From IMG/VR virus record IMGVR_UViG_3300027724_000009: a DNA stretch of 20,000 nt; one strand, 5' to 3'. Positions within the stretch are counted from its first letter, which is position 1. Each line of letters begins with the position of its first letter. A program made the translations under genes and the position numbers. The notes beneath the pieces are model-generated. The model worked only from the letters and a program-made list of their open reading frames with translations. It was not told the DNA's origin and ran no database searches. This document shows, piece after piece, positions 8,406 through 17,580 of the stretch. The stretch is from an uncultured virus (IMG/VR IMGVR_UViG_3300027724_000009) (lineage: Duplodnaviria > Heunggongvirae > Uroviricota > Caudoviricetes).

Positions 8406-10598
8406 ATGGCACAAAAGATTTTATGGAATTGGCAAGACGATGATTCAACCAAACATCTTAATCAGCGTACATTAGGTATAGTAGAGCCAGGGTTGTATCG
8501 TGGTTTTGATATAGACCTTTCAGATGTTTCAAATATAAAATTGGTTCAGACTGTAACAGGTGCAACTATTGTGCTTACAGATTCTCCGGTATTCACCACA
8601 GAGCAGAGAGGAGTAGTGGTTACAAAGCAGGGAGTAGTGATACATGAGGACGATGTTGTTGTGTTGCCATTCACTCCAAATACGAGCGGAAATCCTCGAA
8701 TAGATGTTGTGATAATGGAGCATGAATACGTGGACGTTATGGACGGTTCAAACGTGGTATATTCAGTATTGTTGGGTACTCCTGCAGGAACTCCGGTTGC
8801 TCCGACGTTGACAAGTCCCAAAACACAGACAATTTTAGGGTATCTGTACGTTCCAAACGGTGCAGAATACATGGATGCTCCGGGAGTAGTATATACGAGA
8901 GCAGTAACTCCGAACTTTGCAGGTGACGGCAGTATAGCACATCAATATTTGCTGAATATCTTTTTAGGTATTATCGGAATGGTTCGTAATTGCGTATTGG
9001 ATAATGTTGGTAACGACGATCCTGTATATTATTTCAGTTTGAACTTAAACAGTGCGCCGGCCGGTGCCGTAAACAAGGATGCAAATAATTTCATTCTCGA
9101 TTATGGTTACACAGGTGGAATACAGAATGAGAATGTAAGGTTGCGTTACGTTGGCCCAGATGAGAATTTAGGTGGTAAGGAAGTGACGATTTATACAAAA
9201 CAGGAGTTGCGTATTGATTTTGGTTACGACATATTGCCGAGCGACGGTGATGCGACGTATTGCTACATTCCTGCAAATAGCGTTTTTGTACTTAAAAGCG
9301 TATCGAATACCTCTCCGGTAGTTACAGACAACAATAAGTGGGTATTGGTGAATGCACAAAGAGCATCTGAAAACAGGAGCAACAATTTTACTGCATCGAA
9401 TAAGTTTTCAGGTACCGTTACAGAAAATACAAAACAGATCACGATTGGTGACGACGGTAAAAGCAGTTCATTTACTGCAACTGACGGAAATATCCTGAAG
9501 ATTACATCTATGGGTTCTCCGAGCACAGTAGGAGCCACATCTGTAACCGGTTTTAAGGCATTGCCGGTAGATACGATTATCAAAATTGATTTGTCGGATG
9601 CAGGTATTACGTTGGACCATGTAATTTTCAAAAATAATGACTTTGTAGCAAGTGGAGGCAATCTGCCAATTTACACAACAAATTCAGGTGATTTGGTAGT
9701 AAACAAAGGTGGTTGTGTTTGGTTGAAAGCGGAGGCTTCAGCATATCGTGTGGTGGCCGTTCAGGGAGAGAAGAAACATTACGACGGTTATTTTGTATTA
9801 GATAACTCTGCATTCAATGCATTATCGAAAACAATTACTGTAAATAATAGAAATAACTGTTTTAGTATTTTAGTACCAACTGCAGGTAGTTTGGAGAATA
9901 TTAACGTGGTAGATGATTATGGTGCGACGGTAGATGTTCGCCCAGGTACAATTATCAATATACGTTTCAAGCATATAGGAGGTTCTATTGCAAGTAGTGG
10001 AGGCGTATTGACTGCAGTTCCGTTCCTTATTTCACTCGAAAACACATCAAATATCCGTTCCAATGTGAGCGACTTTGGTTATATTAGTAGTTTGGGTAAA
10101 TCGTTGTCAATTATAGACGACCAAATTTACGGAGAAAGCGGTGATGTGATTACGTTCAGAAAGACAGATACCGTTTGGGAAATAGTATCTGCAAATCGTG
10201 ATGCGTACTATGCTCACAAGTTGAACGATAAGAAAATTGACAAAGGAGTAACGTGGCTAACTGCAGACTTCACGCATTCATCTATAAGTCCGAGAGAGGC
10301 TTCACGTCCGGCTATGCGATTATGTAAAAACGATTTAGGAATGATGATTGTTGAGTTTTCATTTGGAGTTTCAGCAGATATCGCAGCAGGTACAATTATT
10401 GGACGTTTTGTTGGTGTATTAAATGGTTATGTTTGGAGTAAGGCAGTACCGGTTACTTATAAACAAAATGGAGTAGGATTTTCAATAGGTCATTTATCTT
10501 TTACAATAGGACCAACATTTCAGGATATGCAGATAATTGCACTTACGGCAATCCCGAATACATACGGAATTTATCAACCAATACTTTTAATTCCATAA
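8406..10598 (+). CDS. Long tail fibre / baseplate-attached protein
   Basis: 730 aa, beta-rich; GNPRIDVVI and GTPAGTPVAPTL motifs are common in fibre attachment domains. Confidence 0.65.
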   Translation: MAQKILWNWQDDDSTKHLNQRTLGIVEPGLYRGFDIDLSDVSNIKLVQTVTGATIVLTDSPVFTTEQRGVVVTKQGVVIHEDDVVVLPFTPNTSGNPRIDVVIMEHEYVDVMDGSNVVYSVLLGTPAGTPVAPTLTSPKTQTILGYLYVPNGAEYMDAPGVVYTRAVTPNFAGDGSIAHQYLLNIFLGIIGMVRNCVLDNVGNDDPVYYFSLNLNSAPAGAVNKDANNFILDYGYTGGIQNENVRLRYVGPDENLGGKEVTIYTKQELRIDFGYDILPSDGDATYCYIPANSVFVLKSVSNTSPVVTDNNKWVLVNAQRASENRSNNFTASNKFSGTVTENTKQITIGDDGKSSSFTATDGNILKITSMGSPSTVGATSVTGFKALPVDTIIKIDLSDAGITLDHVIFKNNDFVASGGNLPIYTTNSGDLVVNKGGCVWLKAEASAYRVVAVQGEKKHYDGYFVLDNSAFNALSKTITVNNRNNCFSILVPTAGSLENINVVDDYGATVDVRPGTIINIRFKHIGGSIASSGGVLTAVPFLISLENTSNIRSNVSDFGYISSLGKSLSIIDDQIYGESGDVITFRKTDTVWEIVSANRDAYYAHKLNDKKIDKGVTWLTADFTHSSISPREASRPAMRLCKNDLGMMIVEFSFGVSADIAAGTIIGRFVGVLNGYVWSKAVPVTYKQNGVGFSIGHLSFTIGPTFQDMQIIALTAIPNTYGIYQPILLIP

Positions 10599-10599
10599 T

Positions 10600-11151
10600 A
10601 TGACAAATTCAGAAAGATATACGGTAATTGAAAGAATCTATGCGAATGGAGGTATCTTTAATATCGACGTGACAACAGGCCCGGTATTGACTTCAGAGGG
10701 AATTGTAATAGACGACGACGTTCAGTTATTTTTAATTGTTGTTGCGGTGGCAGCCGGTATTAATGATGCAGATACAAATTTATTGTCGAAAATGAGTGCA
10801 AAGTTTGCTACTTTAACTGCAACATTGCCAACTTCTGTTTACATAGATGCAAAAGGTTGCAATAGCAATACCAATCCGGCAGTTGCAGATGCAGGGATAT
10901 TCTACCTAAGTCCACAGATTTACGATAATGGCGTCGATCCTCCACAGACTTATAATTTCAATGTGTTGGTAGTAGATTTTCTGAACAATCACACAGGAAT
11001 AACAAGATTAACAAGCGGTCACGAGTTGTTTCCGTACTTTGAGGAATACAGAGCAAACCTGCAGTTGGAAGTTTTAGAAAACGTAATTCCGATAAATTAT
11101 ATCATTTATCACGAAGATACTAACGAATATTTAATAGTAGAAATACTGTAA
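10600..11151 (+). CDS. Hypothetical protein, possibly virion-associated
   Basis: 183 aa ORF starting 1 nt after the fibre gene; no motif recognised. Confidence 0.6.
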   Translation: MTNSERYTVIERIYANGGIFNIDVTTGPVLTSEGIVIDDDVQLFLIVVAVAAGINDADTNLLSKMSAKFATLTATLPTSVYIDAKGCNSNTNPAVADAGIFYLSPQIYDNGVDPPQTYNFNVLVVDFLNNHTGITRLTSGHELFPYFEEYRANLQLEVLENVIPINYIIYHEDTNEYLIVEIL

Positions 11152-11153
11152 AG

Positions 11154-11184
11154 TTGCACGATTGAAAAAAAAGCGTTACTTTTA
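11154..11184 (+). promoter_or_regulatory. Possible Bacteroidota-type promoter (non-consensus)
   Basis: TTG-N20-TACTTTTA, one mismatch from TAnnTTTG. Confidence 0.35.
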
Positions 11185-11187
11185 CAG

Positions 11188-11295
11188 TCAGCCGGTCGCT
11201 ATTGGTTTCAAACTTTGTTGTTGCTAAATTACCTCGTATGATTCCCCCCCGGCACCGGTGAAAATGCATAGATTAATTCTATGCATTTTTATTTT
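11188..11295 (+). ncRNA. Candidate small RNA
   Basis: Non-coding gap between a promoter-like motif and a hairpin; GCCGG (11191-11195) can pair with CCGGC (11249-11253); 11212-11227 is antisense to two downstream leaders. Confidence 0.35.
11261..11295 (+). terminator. Hairpin terminator, possibly bidirectional
   Basis: AAAATGCATAGA-ttaat-TCTATGCATTTT, perfect 12-bp stem, then TATTTT. Confidence 0.65.
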
Positions 11296-11322
11296 GTATA
11301 ACCGTATAAATTACTATTTTTG
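11293..11322 (+). promoter_or_regulatory. Bacteroidota sigma-A type promoter for the helicase
   Basis: TTTG (11293-11296)-N18-TATTTTTG (11315-11322). Confidence 0.65.
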
Positions 11323-11341
11323 TGTAGCAACAATAAAGTAT

Positions 11342-13372
11342 ATGCAAGATTTCACCGAATTATATAACGGCCTGAATGCGTTTAGGGAGTTATTCAAGCA
11401 AAGAATTTTACCGGAAACTGAAGTTAGTATCAGTGCAAAATTTCTGCGTGGTATAGCGCAAAAAGATTATAAAACATGGACTATTGACGAGGCGATACGG
11501 CTTCACAATATCATTAAACCATACGGCCTGAAGTTGAAACGTGTAGGGTTTGATATTAGCAAAATTCCTGTAATACAGATACAGTTATCAGTAGTGAACA
11601 GGGATAACGTGGTTCAGCCGGAGCAGAGGAGGCTTATCGGTACCGACGGTAATTTCTTTATCATTACGTTTCCGTACCGTAAAGAATTGTACGATGCAGT
11701 CAAAAATATACCGAGAGCCAGGTTCATGTACGATACAAAGCGGTGGATAGTTCCGTTGGAATTTGCGAAAGAGGTAACACATTTTGCCAATGGATATGAG
11801 TTTCAGATAGGTGAAAGAGCCATGAACTTAATCAATCTGCAGTACGAGAGCGGTGAGAATATGGAGTTGTCATACATGACGGAGTACATAGAGTTGAATA
11901 TTCCACTAAAGAAAAAACTATATCCGTATCAAACCGTTGGTGGTGACTATGTGCGACGGAATAAGCGTGTGGTTATTGCCGACCAAATGCGACTAGGTAA
12001 AACCATGCAATCAATAGCCGGTATTTTGGTTACAAACTCATTTCCCTGCATAGTTATCGTTCCGAAATCTTTGAGGCTGAATTGGCAGGATGAGTGGCAT
12101 GATTGGACAGATAGAAAAGCCATTGTATTAAACCATAAAAACGTAAAGAAATTGCCGGAACTGATACGTCAGGGTATGGCAGATGTCGTTATTACGAATT
12201 ACGACGGCGTACAGTCATTCCTGATAGATGATTTGAAAGAAGTCAACATAACTACCGGCCCGAATGCAGGAACGAAATATCACAATGCAAAAGGGAATGA
12301 TTTATGCAATCTTTTTAATTCAGCAATCATTGACGAGGCACATCATTGCAGGAACAAGCAGACGATACGGTACAAGTGTGTGCGTGAAGTATTCAAAGGT
12401 AAAGAGGTTCGTATATGCTTAACCGGTTCTCCGATAGTGAAAGGCCCGAAAGATTTGGCCGCACTCTTTGAACTGATAGGCCGTATTGAGGAGTTCGGAG
12501 GATATGACAAATTCATTAAGAAGTACAAAAAAATAGATGCAAAAACATTAGACGACAAAGGTAAGCAACTGCAGGAACTTCAGGAGTTGAATACAAAAAT
12601 GCGTTCATTGTGTTTCATCCGTCGGGAACGGCACCAGGTTAATGAGCAGATATCGGAGAAGTTCAGAAAGGTGATACGAGTGGATTTGGATAATCAGAGC
12701 GAGTACGACCATGCTTGGTTATCACTTCAGTCATACATGGCAGAGAGAGCATTCACCACTTCACAGATATCGAAAGCATTACAGGCTGAAATGTTGGTTA
12801 AAATGGGATTGCTGAAGCAAATTTCTGCGAGAGGTAAATCAGCATCCGTCAAGGAGTTTGTATCTGAATTGATAGATAACGGAGAGAAAGTGATTATCGG
12901 TTGTTGGTACAATGATACCGTTCAGTATTTCAAAGATGCTTTCCGGGAGTATGGAGCCGTTACTATCTGCGGCAGAATCGACGGCCATGATATGAAACCT
13001 GAAGAAATCCATGAGAACAAGAAAAAGTTTCAGACAGACGATAATACGAAAGTTATTATCATTACTTATGGAAAGGGTGGTGAGGGACATACATTGAGCA
13101 AGGCATCAAGTTTGGTTATGGTTGAATTAGGTTGGACATACAAAGACCAGGCACAAATGGAGGACAGAGGCATTGCCGTTAATAAAACTGAAGATTTTAA
13201 CGTGTATGTATTTCTCGGTAAAGATACATTGGATGAGGACACGTATGAGATAATTGATAAACGACGTGTGATTGAGAAAGAGGCCGTCGGTGGTTCAGAG
13301 CACATTGAGAACAGTGAAGAATCTGTAATTTCAGCTATGAAAGATAAAATTCTGAAAAAAATATCGAAATAG
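11342..13372 (+). CDS. SNF2-family helicase with HARP-like N-terminal domain
   Basis: LYPYQ, ADQMRLGKT, IIDEAH, LTGSP; FPYRKELYDAVKNIPRARFMYDTKRWIVP is HARP-like. Start moved to ATG 11342 because the track's start at 11258 reads through the terminator and promoter. Confidence 0.85.
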   Translation: MQDFTELYNGLNAFRELFKQRILPETEVSISAKFLRGIAQKDYKTWTIDEAIRLHNIIKPYGLKLKRVGFDISKIPVIQIQLSVVNRDNVVQPEQRRLIGTDGNFFIITFPYRKELYDAVKNIPRARFMYDTKRWIVPLEFAKEVTHFANGYEFQIGERAMNLINLQYESGENMELSYMTEYIELNIPLKKKLYPYQTVGGDYVRRNKRVVIADQMRLGKTMQSIAGILVTNSFPCIVIVPKSLRLNWQDEWHDWTDRKAIVLNHKNVKKLPELIRQGMADVVITNYDGVQSFLIDDLKEVNITTGPNAGTKYHNAKGNDLCNLFNSAIIDEAHHCRNKQTIRYKCVREVFKGKEVRICLTGSPIVKGPKDLAALFELIGRIEEFGGYDKFIKKYKKIDAKTLDDKGKQLQELQELNTKMRSLCFIRRERHQVNEQISEKFRKVIRVDLDNQSEYDHAWLSLQSYMAERAFTTSQISKALQAEMLVKMGLLKQISARGKSASVKEFVSELIDNGEKVIIGCWYNDTVQYFKDAFREYGAVTICGRIDGHDMKPEEIHENKKKFQTDDNTKVIIITYGKGGEGHTLSKASSLVMVELGWTYKDQAQMEDRGIAVNKTEDFNVYVFLGKDTLDEDTYEIIDKRRVIEKEAVGGSEHIENSEESVISAMKDKILKKISK

Positions 13373-13373
13373 A

Positions 13374-13404
13374 TTTGTATAGTTGTATAAATTAATTAGA
13401 TTTG
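13374..13404 (+). promoter_or_regulatory. Bacteroidota sigma-A type promoter
   Basis: TTTG (13374-13377)-N19-TAGATTTG (13397-13404), consensus match. Confidence 0.75.
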
Positions 13405-13462
13405 CATTAGCAACAACTTCTTATGAAACTTTTTATTTTTTCACCAATAAACTTTTTTATTT

Positions 13463-14809
13463 ATGGAACAGATCGTTCAAGAACAACAATGGAACATTGT
13501 TGAGGAAACAGATGCGTTGAAGATAGCATCTATTTTAACAGTAATCTTCGGAGATCCCGGCATGGGAAAGACATCACTTTCAATGCAGAGTGAAGAATCA
13601 ATTTTATTGGACTTTGACGACGGATTAAAGCGTTCAACAAAACGTAAACGTGCAGTGCAAATGCGTACTTTTGCAGGAGCATTGGATTTTATCCGTTCGG
13701 AGAAATTTAAGGAATTGAAACCACGTACCGTAATTCTCGATACAGGTGGTACGTTGTTGGACAACTACATTGCACACTATGTAATCGAAAATGAAACTGC
13801 CAACAAAAAGAAAGGTGGAGGCTTATCACTTCAGGGTTATGGTGCATTGAAAGAGGTATTCAGTCAGTTTATTAATGAATTGAAACGAATGCAGATTGAC
13901 ATTGTTATCGTATGCCATACGGAACAGTACAAAGACGGTGAAAATCTGCGTTTCCGTCCGAAAATGACAGGTGGTAGTTACGATATTCTTATGCAGGTAG
14001 CTGATTTGGTTGGTTACATGGAAAGTAAGAATGAGAAACGTACACTGAATTTCAATCCTACTGACCGTCACATCGGTAAAAATGCACCAAACTTTGCTAA
14101 TTTCATCATTCCGCATGCAGAAACTATTGAGTTTGACAATTTTTTAGGCCGTATCATTGCTGATGCCAAAGAAAAAATGTCCAAATTGGATGAGGAGCAG
14201 CAAAAAGCGTTATTACTTTTGGATGAGAAACGTAAAGAAGTTGATGAAGCCGATACATTCGAAAAGTTGGTAGCGTTAACAGAAACATTTGCAGATTTGA
14301 AACCTGCATTCCAAATTCAGTTATCTAAACTTGTTGAGGATAAAAAGACTGAGTTTATAAAAGTAATGATTTCAGGGTTAACAGAACCGTTGCAGTTAGA
14401 TGTGATGCTGAATGAGATTAAGACAAAATATGGTGATAGTAACTTCTACAAAAGACTGCTTAATGACCGTAAAACAGGGTTGGGTTTTGAGTTTGACAAA
14501 GATAATGGTGTGTTTGTAAAACCTGAAGTTAAAGACGAACCAGGTGCAGAAGTGAAAGAGGAAGATAAGCAGCCGGTGCTTAATGCAGTTACCGAAGTAC
14601 CTGCCGAACAGACGAATGCTCCTGCAGAGGAAGTGAAAGAGGAAGATAAGCAGCCGGTGCTTAATGCAGTTACCGAAGTGCCTGCCGAACAGACGAGTGC
14701 TCCTGCAGAGGAAGTGAAAGAGGAAGTGAAGAAAAGTGCCTCAAAAAAGAAAGCTGAAGAACCAACAACTGAACTATTCAAAAATGAAAACGCTGAAGCC
14801 AAAGTATAA
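13463..14809 (+). CDS. AAA_24/Sak4-like P-loop ATPase (single-strand annealing recombinase)
   Basis: IFGDPGMGKT Walker A, ILLDFDDG, TVILDT Walker B, VIVCH, ADLVGY; acidic low-complexity tail; adjacent exonuclease. Confidence 0.8.
   Translation: MEQIVQEQQWNIVEETDALKIASILTVIFGDPGMGKTSLSMQSEESILLDFDDGLKRSTKRKRAVQMRTFAGALDFIRSEKFKELKPRTVILDTGGTLLDNYIAHYVIENETANKKKGGGLSLQGYGALKEVFSQFINELKRMQIDIVIVCHTEQYKDGENLRFRPKMTGGSYDILMQVADLVGYMESKNEKRTLNFNPTDRHIGKNAPNFANFIIPHAETIEFDNFLGRIIADAKEKMSKLDEEQQKALLLLDEKRKEVDEADTFEKLVALTETFADLKPAFQIQLSKLVEDKKTEFIKVMISGLTEPLQLDVMLNEIKTKYGDSNFYKRLLNDRKTGLGFEFDKDNGVFVKPEVKDEPGAEVKEEDKQPVLNAVTEVPAEQTNAPAEEVKEEDKQPVLNAVTEVPAEQTSAPAEEVKEEVKKSASKKKAEEPTTELFKNENAEAKV
14549..14726 (+). 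repeat. In-frame 81-bp tandem repeat (about 2.2 copies)
   Basis: Units start at 14549, 14630 and 14711 (partial); two mismatches between the full copies; encodes EVKEEDKQPVLNAVTEVPAEQT(N/S)APAE. Confidence 0.95.
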
Positions 14810-15494
14810 AATTACTCCGTCAAAGTTGGAAAGTTTCCGGTATCTCATCGAGGAGCATTACGGCACGACGGAGGATTTCATTGCTGAAATAAAAGGTACT
14901 AAAGAGTGGAGTCGAAAGATGAATTTTGGTAGCGCCTTTCATGCAGTAATTGAGTTCGGCCCTGAAAAGTATTATGACTTTGATAGTGGTAAATACATTG
15001 TCAAGGAAAGTGACTTTCCGGAGGCCGTAGTCATGGAACAGGAACAGATTGATGTTGCAGTCAGATTCAGGAACAATCATTCACGTATGGTATCTGAATG
15101 TAAGCATTCCTTTGAATTGGATATGGGTGCATTTATTGCCGTATTCTCGCTGAAAGTAGATAGTTTGGAGGGTGACATAGTGAACGAGAATAAGACGACC
15201 GATAAGGCCGTTAGTTTCGAGAAATACTATAAGTCAATCCAATGGAAATGCTACATCTTAGCAACAGGGGTGCAGAAAGTGGTTTACAATGTATTCAAGT
15301 ACAAAGGAAATGAGAAAAAAGGGTATGAGGTGGATGAGCCGGTAGATTTTACATTCTTTCCGTATGAGAACCTGAAGAATGACGTGTATTCACTTTGCAG
15401 GGAATACATTGATTTTTGCACACGACATGATTTGTTAGATTACGTTACAGTAAAACCGAAAGCGAATGTCGAGAAGTGTTCGACAGCATCGTAG
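14784..15494 (+). CDS. PD-(D/E)XK exonuclease-like protein
   Basis: ITPSKL, FGSAFHAVIE, KVDSL...ENKTT and QWKCY (RecB-like QxxxY); ATG 14784 preferred because of its A-rich leader and shorter overlap. Confidence 0.75.
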   Translation: MKTLKPKYKITPSKLESFRYLIEEHYGTTEDFIAEIKGTKEWSRKMNFGSAFHAVIEFGPEKYYDFDSGKYIVKESDFPEAVVMEQEQIDVAVRFRNNHSRMVSECKHSFELDMGAFIAVFSLKVDSLEGDIVNENKTTDKAVSFEKYYKSIQWKCYILATGVQKVVYNVFKYKGNEKKGYEVDEPVDFTFFPYENLKNDVYSLCREYIDFCTRHDLLDYVTVKPKANVEKCSTAS

Positions 15495-15750
15495 CGAGTG
15501 GTTTTATTACAGGTTGATAGCCTCATGGACAGGACATACTGCCTATGAAGTCTATGAGATAATGACTAAATTATTCCTCCTCACAGTAGATGAGGAGGGT
15601 AATTTAGGCATCATTCGGCCAACATCATTAACGACAGTTGAGCACAATGAATATTTAGAGCAAATCCGTTGTTTTATGGCCGGATTTGAGTTCTATCTGC
15701 CTGAACCTAATGAAATACCTACCGAAGATTATATCATTAAAATTATCTAA
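15466..15750 (+). CDS. NinB/Orf-like recombination accessory protein
   Basis: RSVRQH..W....IA..TG and TSLTTVEHNEYLEQI...LPEP resemble the NinB-like family pattern. Confidence 0.55.
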   Translation: MSRSVRQHRSEWFYYRLIASWTGHTAYEVYEIMTKLFLLTVDEEGNLGIIRPTSLTTVEHNEYLEQIRCFMAGFEFYLPEPNEIPTEDYIIKII

Positions 15751-15753
15751 GTT

Positions 15754-16917
15754 TTGAGCGGTTATATAAAATTGTCACGAAAGTATTTTAATAATTTCCT
15801 ATGGAATGAGAAACGTAAATTCTCAAAGGCCGAGGCATGGTTGGATTTGATACAATTAGTGAGATATGACGCAACAAGCAATGGTAAAAAAATAGTAAAT
15901 GGAAAGCTGATTGAATGGAAAAGAGGTGAGTTTCCTGCATCGTCGAGATACCTAAATGAGCGGTGGAATTGGAGTGGACCGTCACAGGTTAAACGTTTCT
16001 TAGATTTACTGAAGAATGAGGACATGATTGCAACAAGAACGGAACAGGGTGAAACAGTTATAAGTCTTTGTAATTACGATAGTTATAATACTGATTGGAA
16101 CGACGTTGGAACAGTAGTTAGAACAGTAGTGAAACACCAACAGAACGGAGATAAAACAGTAGAGGAACAGAAACAGAACGAAACTGTAATACAGTCTAAG
16201 AAAGATAATACAGTTAAGAATGATGAAAAGGGAAACATTCCGTCTGTCGACGGATTTAATCCCCCTGCAGAAAAAATTTTGAAAGAAGAATATCGAAAAG
16301 AATTTTTAAAAGTGATGAAATTCATATTCGAACAACCAATACTGCAGAAGATACCAAAAACGCTGACGGTAGATGAGTATGAAAAATTGAGAGAAAAATT
16401 TACCTTTGAACAGATAGAGGAAATGCTGATAGCAATGGCAAATCACAAAGCAACAAACAAATCGCAAACGATTTACCTGACATTATTGACGTACCTGAAA
16501 AAGAATTTTAGCCAGGGTGAAGTGAAAGAGTTGGAACCGATATTCGAGAAGATGTATCGTGATTTCATTGTGAAACAGGAACCGGATATTCATGCAGTAA
16601 AGTTAACCGACTTTGATAGACGTTCTATGCGTACAATCATTGGTTATTTGCTCGAAAACAATGTGAATGCCAACAAAAAAAGAAACGACAATAGAGATAC
16701 CTCCATTACAGAATTTACCGATAAGGACGGAGCCGTCATATCGTGGAGGTATATACTGACGAATTGGAATAAGTTAGATAATTTCATGCAGAAACGTGTG
16801 AAGTTGACAGAGATAGATAACGATTTAATGAAAATATTAACCGATTTAAAAAATGCAAAACTTAAAACACCTGCTGACGGAAATAAGGACAACTCCCAAA
16901 GAAAAGAATTTAACTAA
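15754..16917 (+). CDS. Phage replication initiator (replisome organiser)
   Basis: TTG start; GYIKLSRK...AEAWLDLI...RGEF..S.RYL..RWNW...V.RFL..L winged-helix N-terminus; followed by a DnaC-like gene. Confidence 0.75.
   Translation: MSGYIKLSRKYFNNFLWNEKRKFSKAEAWLDLIQLVRYDATSNGKKIVNGKLIEWKRGEFPASSRYLNERWNWSGPSQVKRFLDLLKNEDMIATRTEQGETVISLCNYDSYNTDWNDVGTVVRTVVKHQQNGDKTVEEQKQNETVIQSKKDNTVKNDEKGNIPSVDGFNPPAEKILKEEYRKEFLKVMKFIFEQPILQKIPKTLTVDEYEKLREKFTFEQIEEMLIAMANHKATNKSQTIYLTLLTYLKKNFSQGEVKELEPIFEKMYRDFIVKQEPDIHAVKLTDFDRRSMRTIIGYLLENNVNANKKRNDNRDTSITEFTDKDGAVISWRYILTNWNKLDNFMQKRVKLTEIDNDLMKILTDLKNAKLKTPADGNKDNSQRKEFN
16109..16162 (+). repeat. Short direct repeats inside the initiator gene (candidate iterons)
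   Basis: GAACAGTAGT at 16109 and 16121, AAACAGTAG at 16154; related AACAG motifs nearby. Confidence 0.45.
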
Positions 16918-17575
16918 CAGGGAACAAATGCAGTTTGATGCATTCCTCGAAGTATTCAAATCGGTGGCCGGGCACTATGGCCGGAAAGGAGTATTCAGTA
17001 TAGATGATGAGAACAGAGAACAGATAAAATACCTGTTACTGTATTTCAGCAACAACAGAGCATTCAATGAGATCACGCCAAACAATGTGATGAAGTATAA
17101 GCCTGATTTAGAGAAAGGTTTGATTTTGGCCGGTAACGTCGGTAGTGGTAAAACCAATCTACTCCGGATATTTCAAGAAATGAGAATACCGTCCAATTAC
17201 TTCCGTATAGCGTATTGCGACGTGATAACGGACGATTACCGACGGTTGGGTATGCAATCATTGTTTAAATATTACAATTCAAATTTGGAGCGTATTCAGC
17301 ATGATACTTCAGAGAGCATATTCCTGTTTGACGATTTGGGATTTGAAAAGAAGTTCAAGGATTACGGCACCGAGGTAAACTGCCTCATGGATATAATTAT
17401 AAAGCGTGAACGATTATACAATGACTATGGTACACGTTCATTATTTACGACAAATCTAATGTTGAGTGAGATTGAAAGCTATTACGACAACCGTACATTA
17501 TCGAGGTTATGCGGAATGTGCAATGTTATCTACTTAGGCAATAAATCTGACAGTATTGATAGACGTATAAATTAA
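16853..17575 (+). CDS. DnaC/IstB-like helicase loader ATPase
   Basis: GLILAGNVGSGKT, FLFDDLGFE, TTNL and RTLSRL motifs. Confidence 0.82.
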   Translation: MQNLKHLLTEIRTTPKEKNLTNREQMQFDAFLEVFKSVAGHYGRKGVFSIDDENREQIKYLLLYFSNNRAFNEITPNNVMKYKPDLEKGLILAGNVGSGKTNLLRIFQEMRIPSNYFRIAYCDVITDDYRRLGMQSLFKYYNSNLERIQHDTSESIFLFDDLGFEKKFKDYGTEVNCLMDIIIKRERLYNDYGTRSLFTTNLMLSEIESYYDNRTLSRLCGMCNVIYLGNKSDSIDRRIN

Positions 17576-17580
17576 AAAGT

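Noticed and set aside
11258..11341. N-terminal extension of the helicase given in the track
   Set aside because: It spans a terminator hairpin and a consensus-like promoter; ATG 11342 is more plausible.
14549..14726. Diversity-generating retroelement TR/VR pair (both mismatches are A to G)
   Set aside because: The copies are tandem and in-frame in one gene, there are only two transitions, and no reverse transcriptase is in the window.
14784..15494. Cas4
   Set aside because: It lacks the four-cysteine Fe-S arrangement, and its context is phage recombination.
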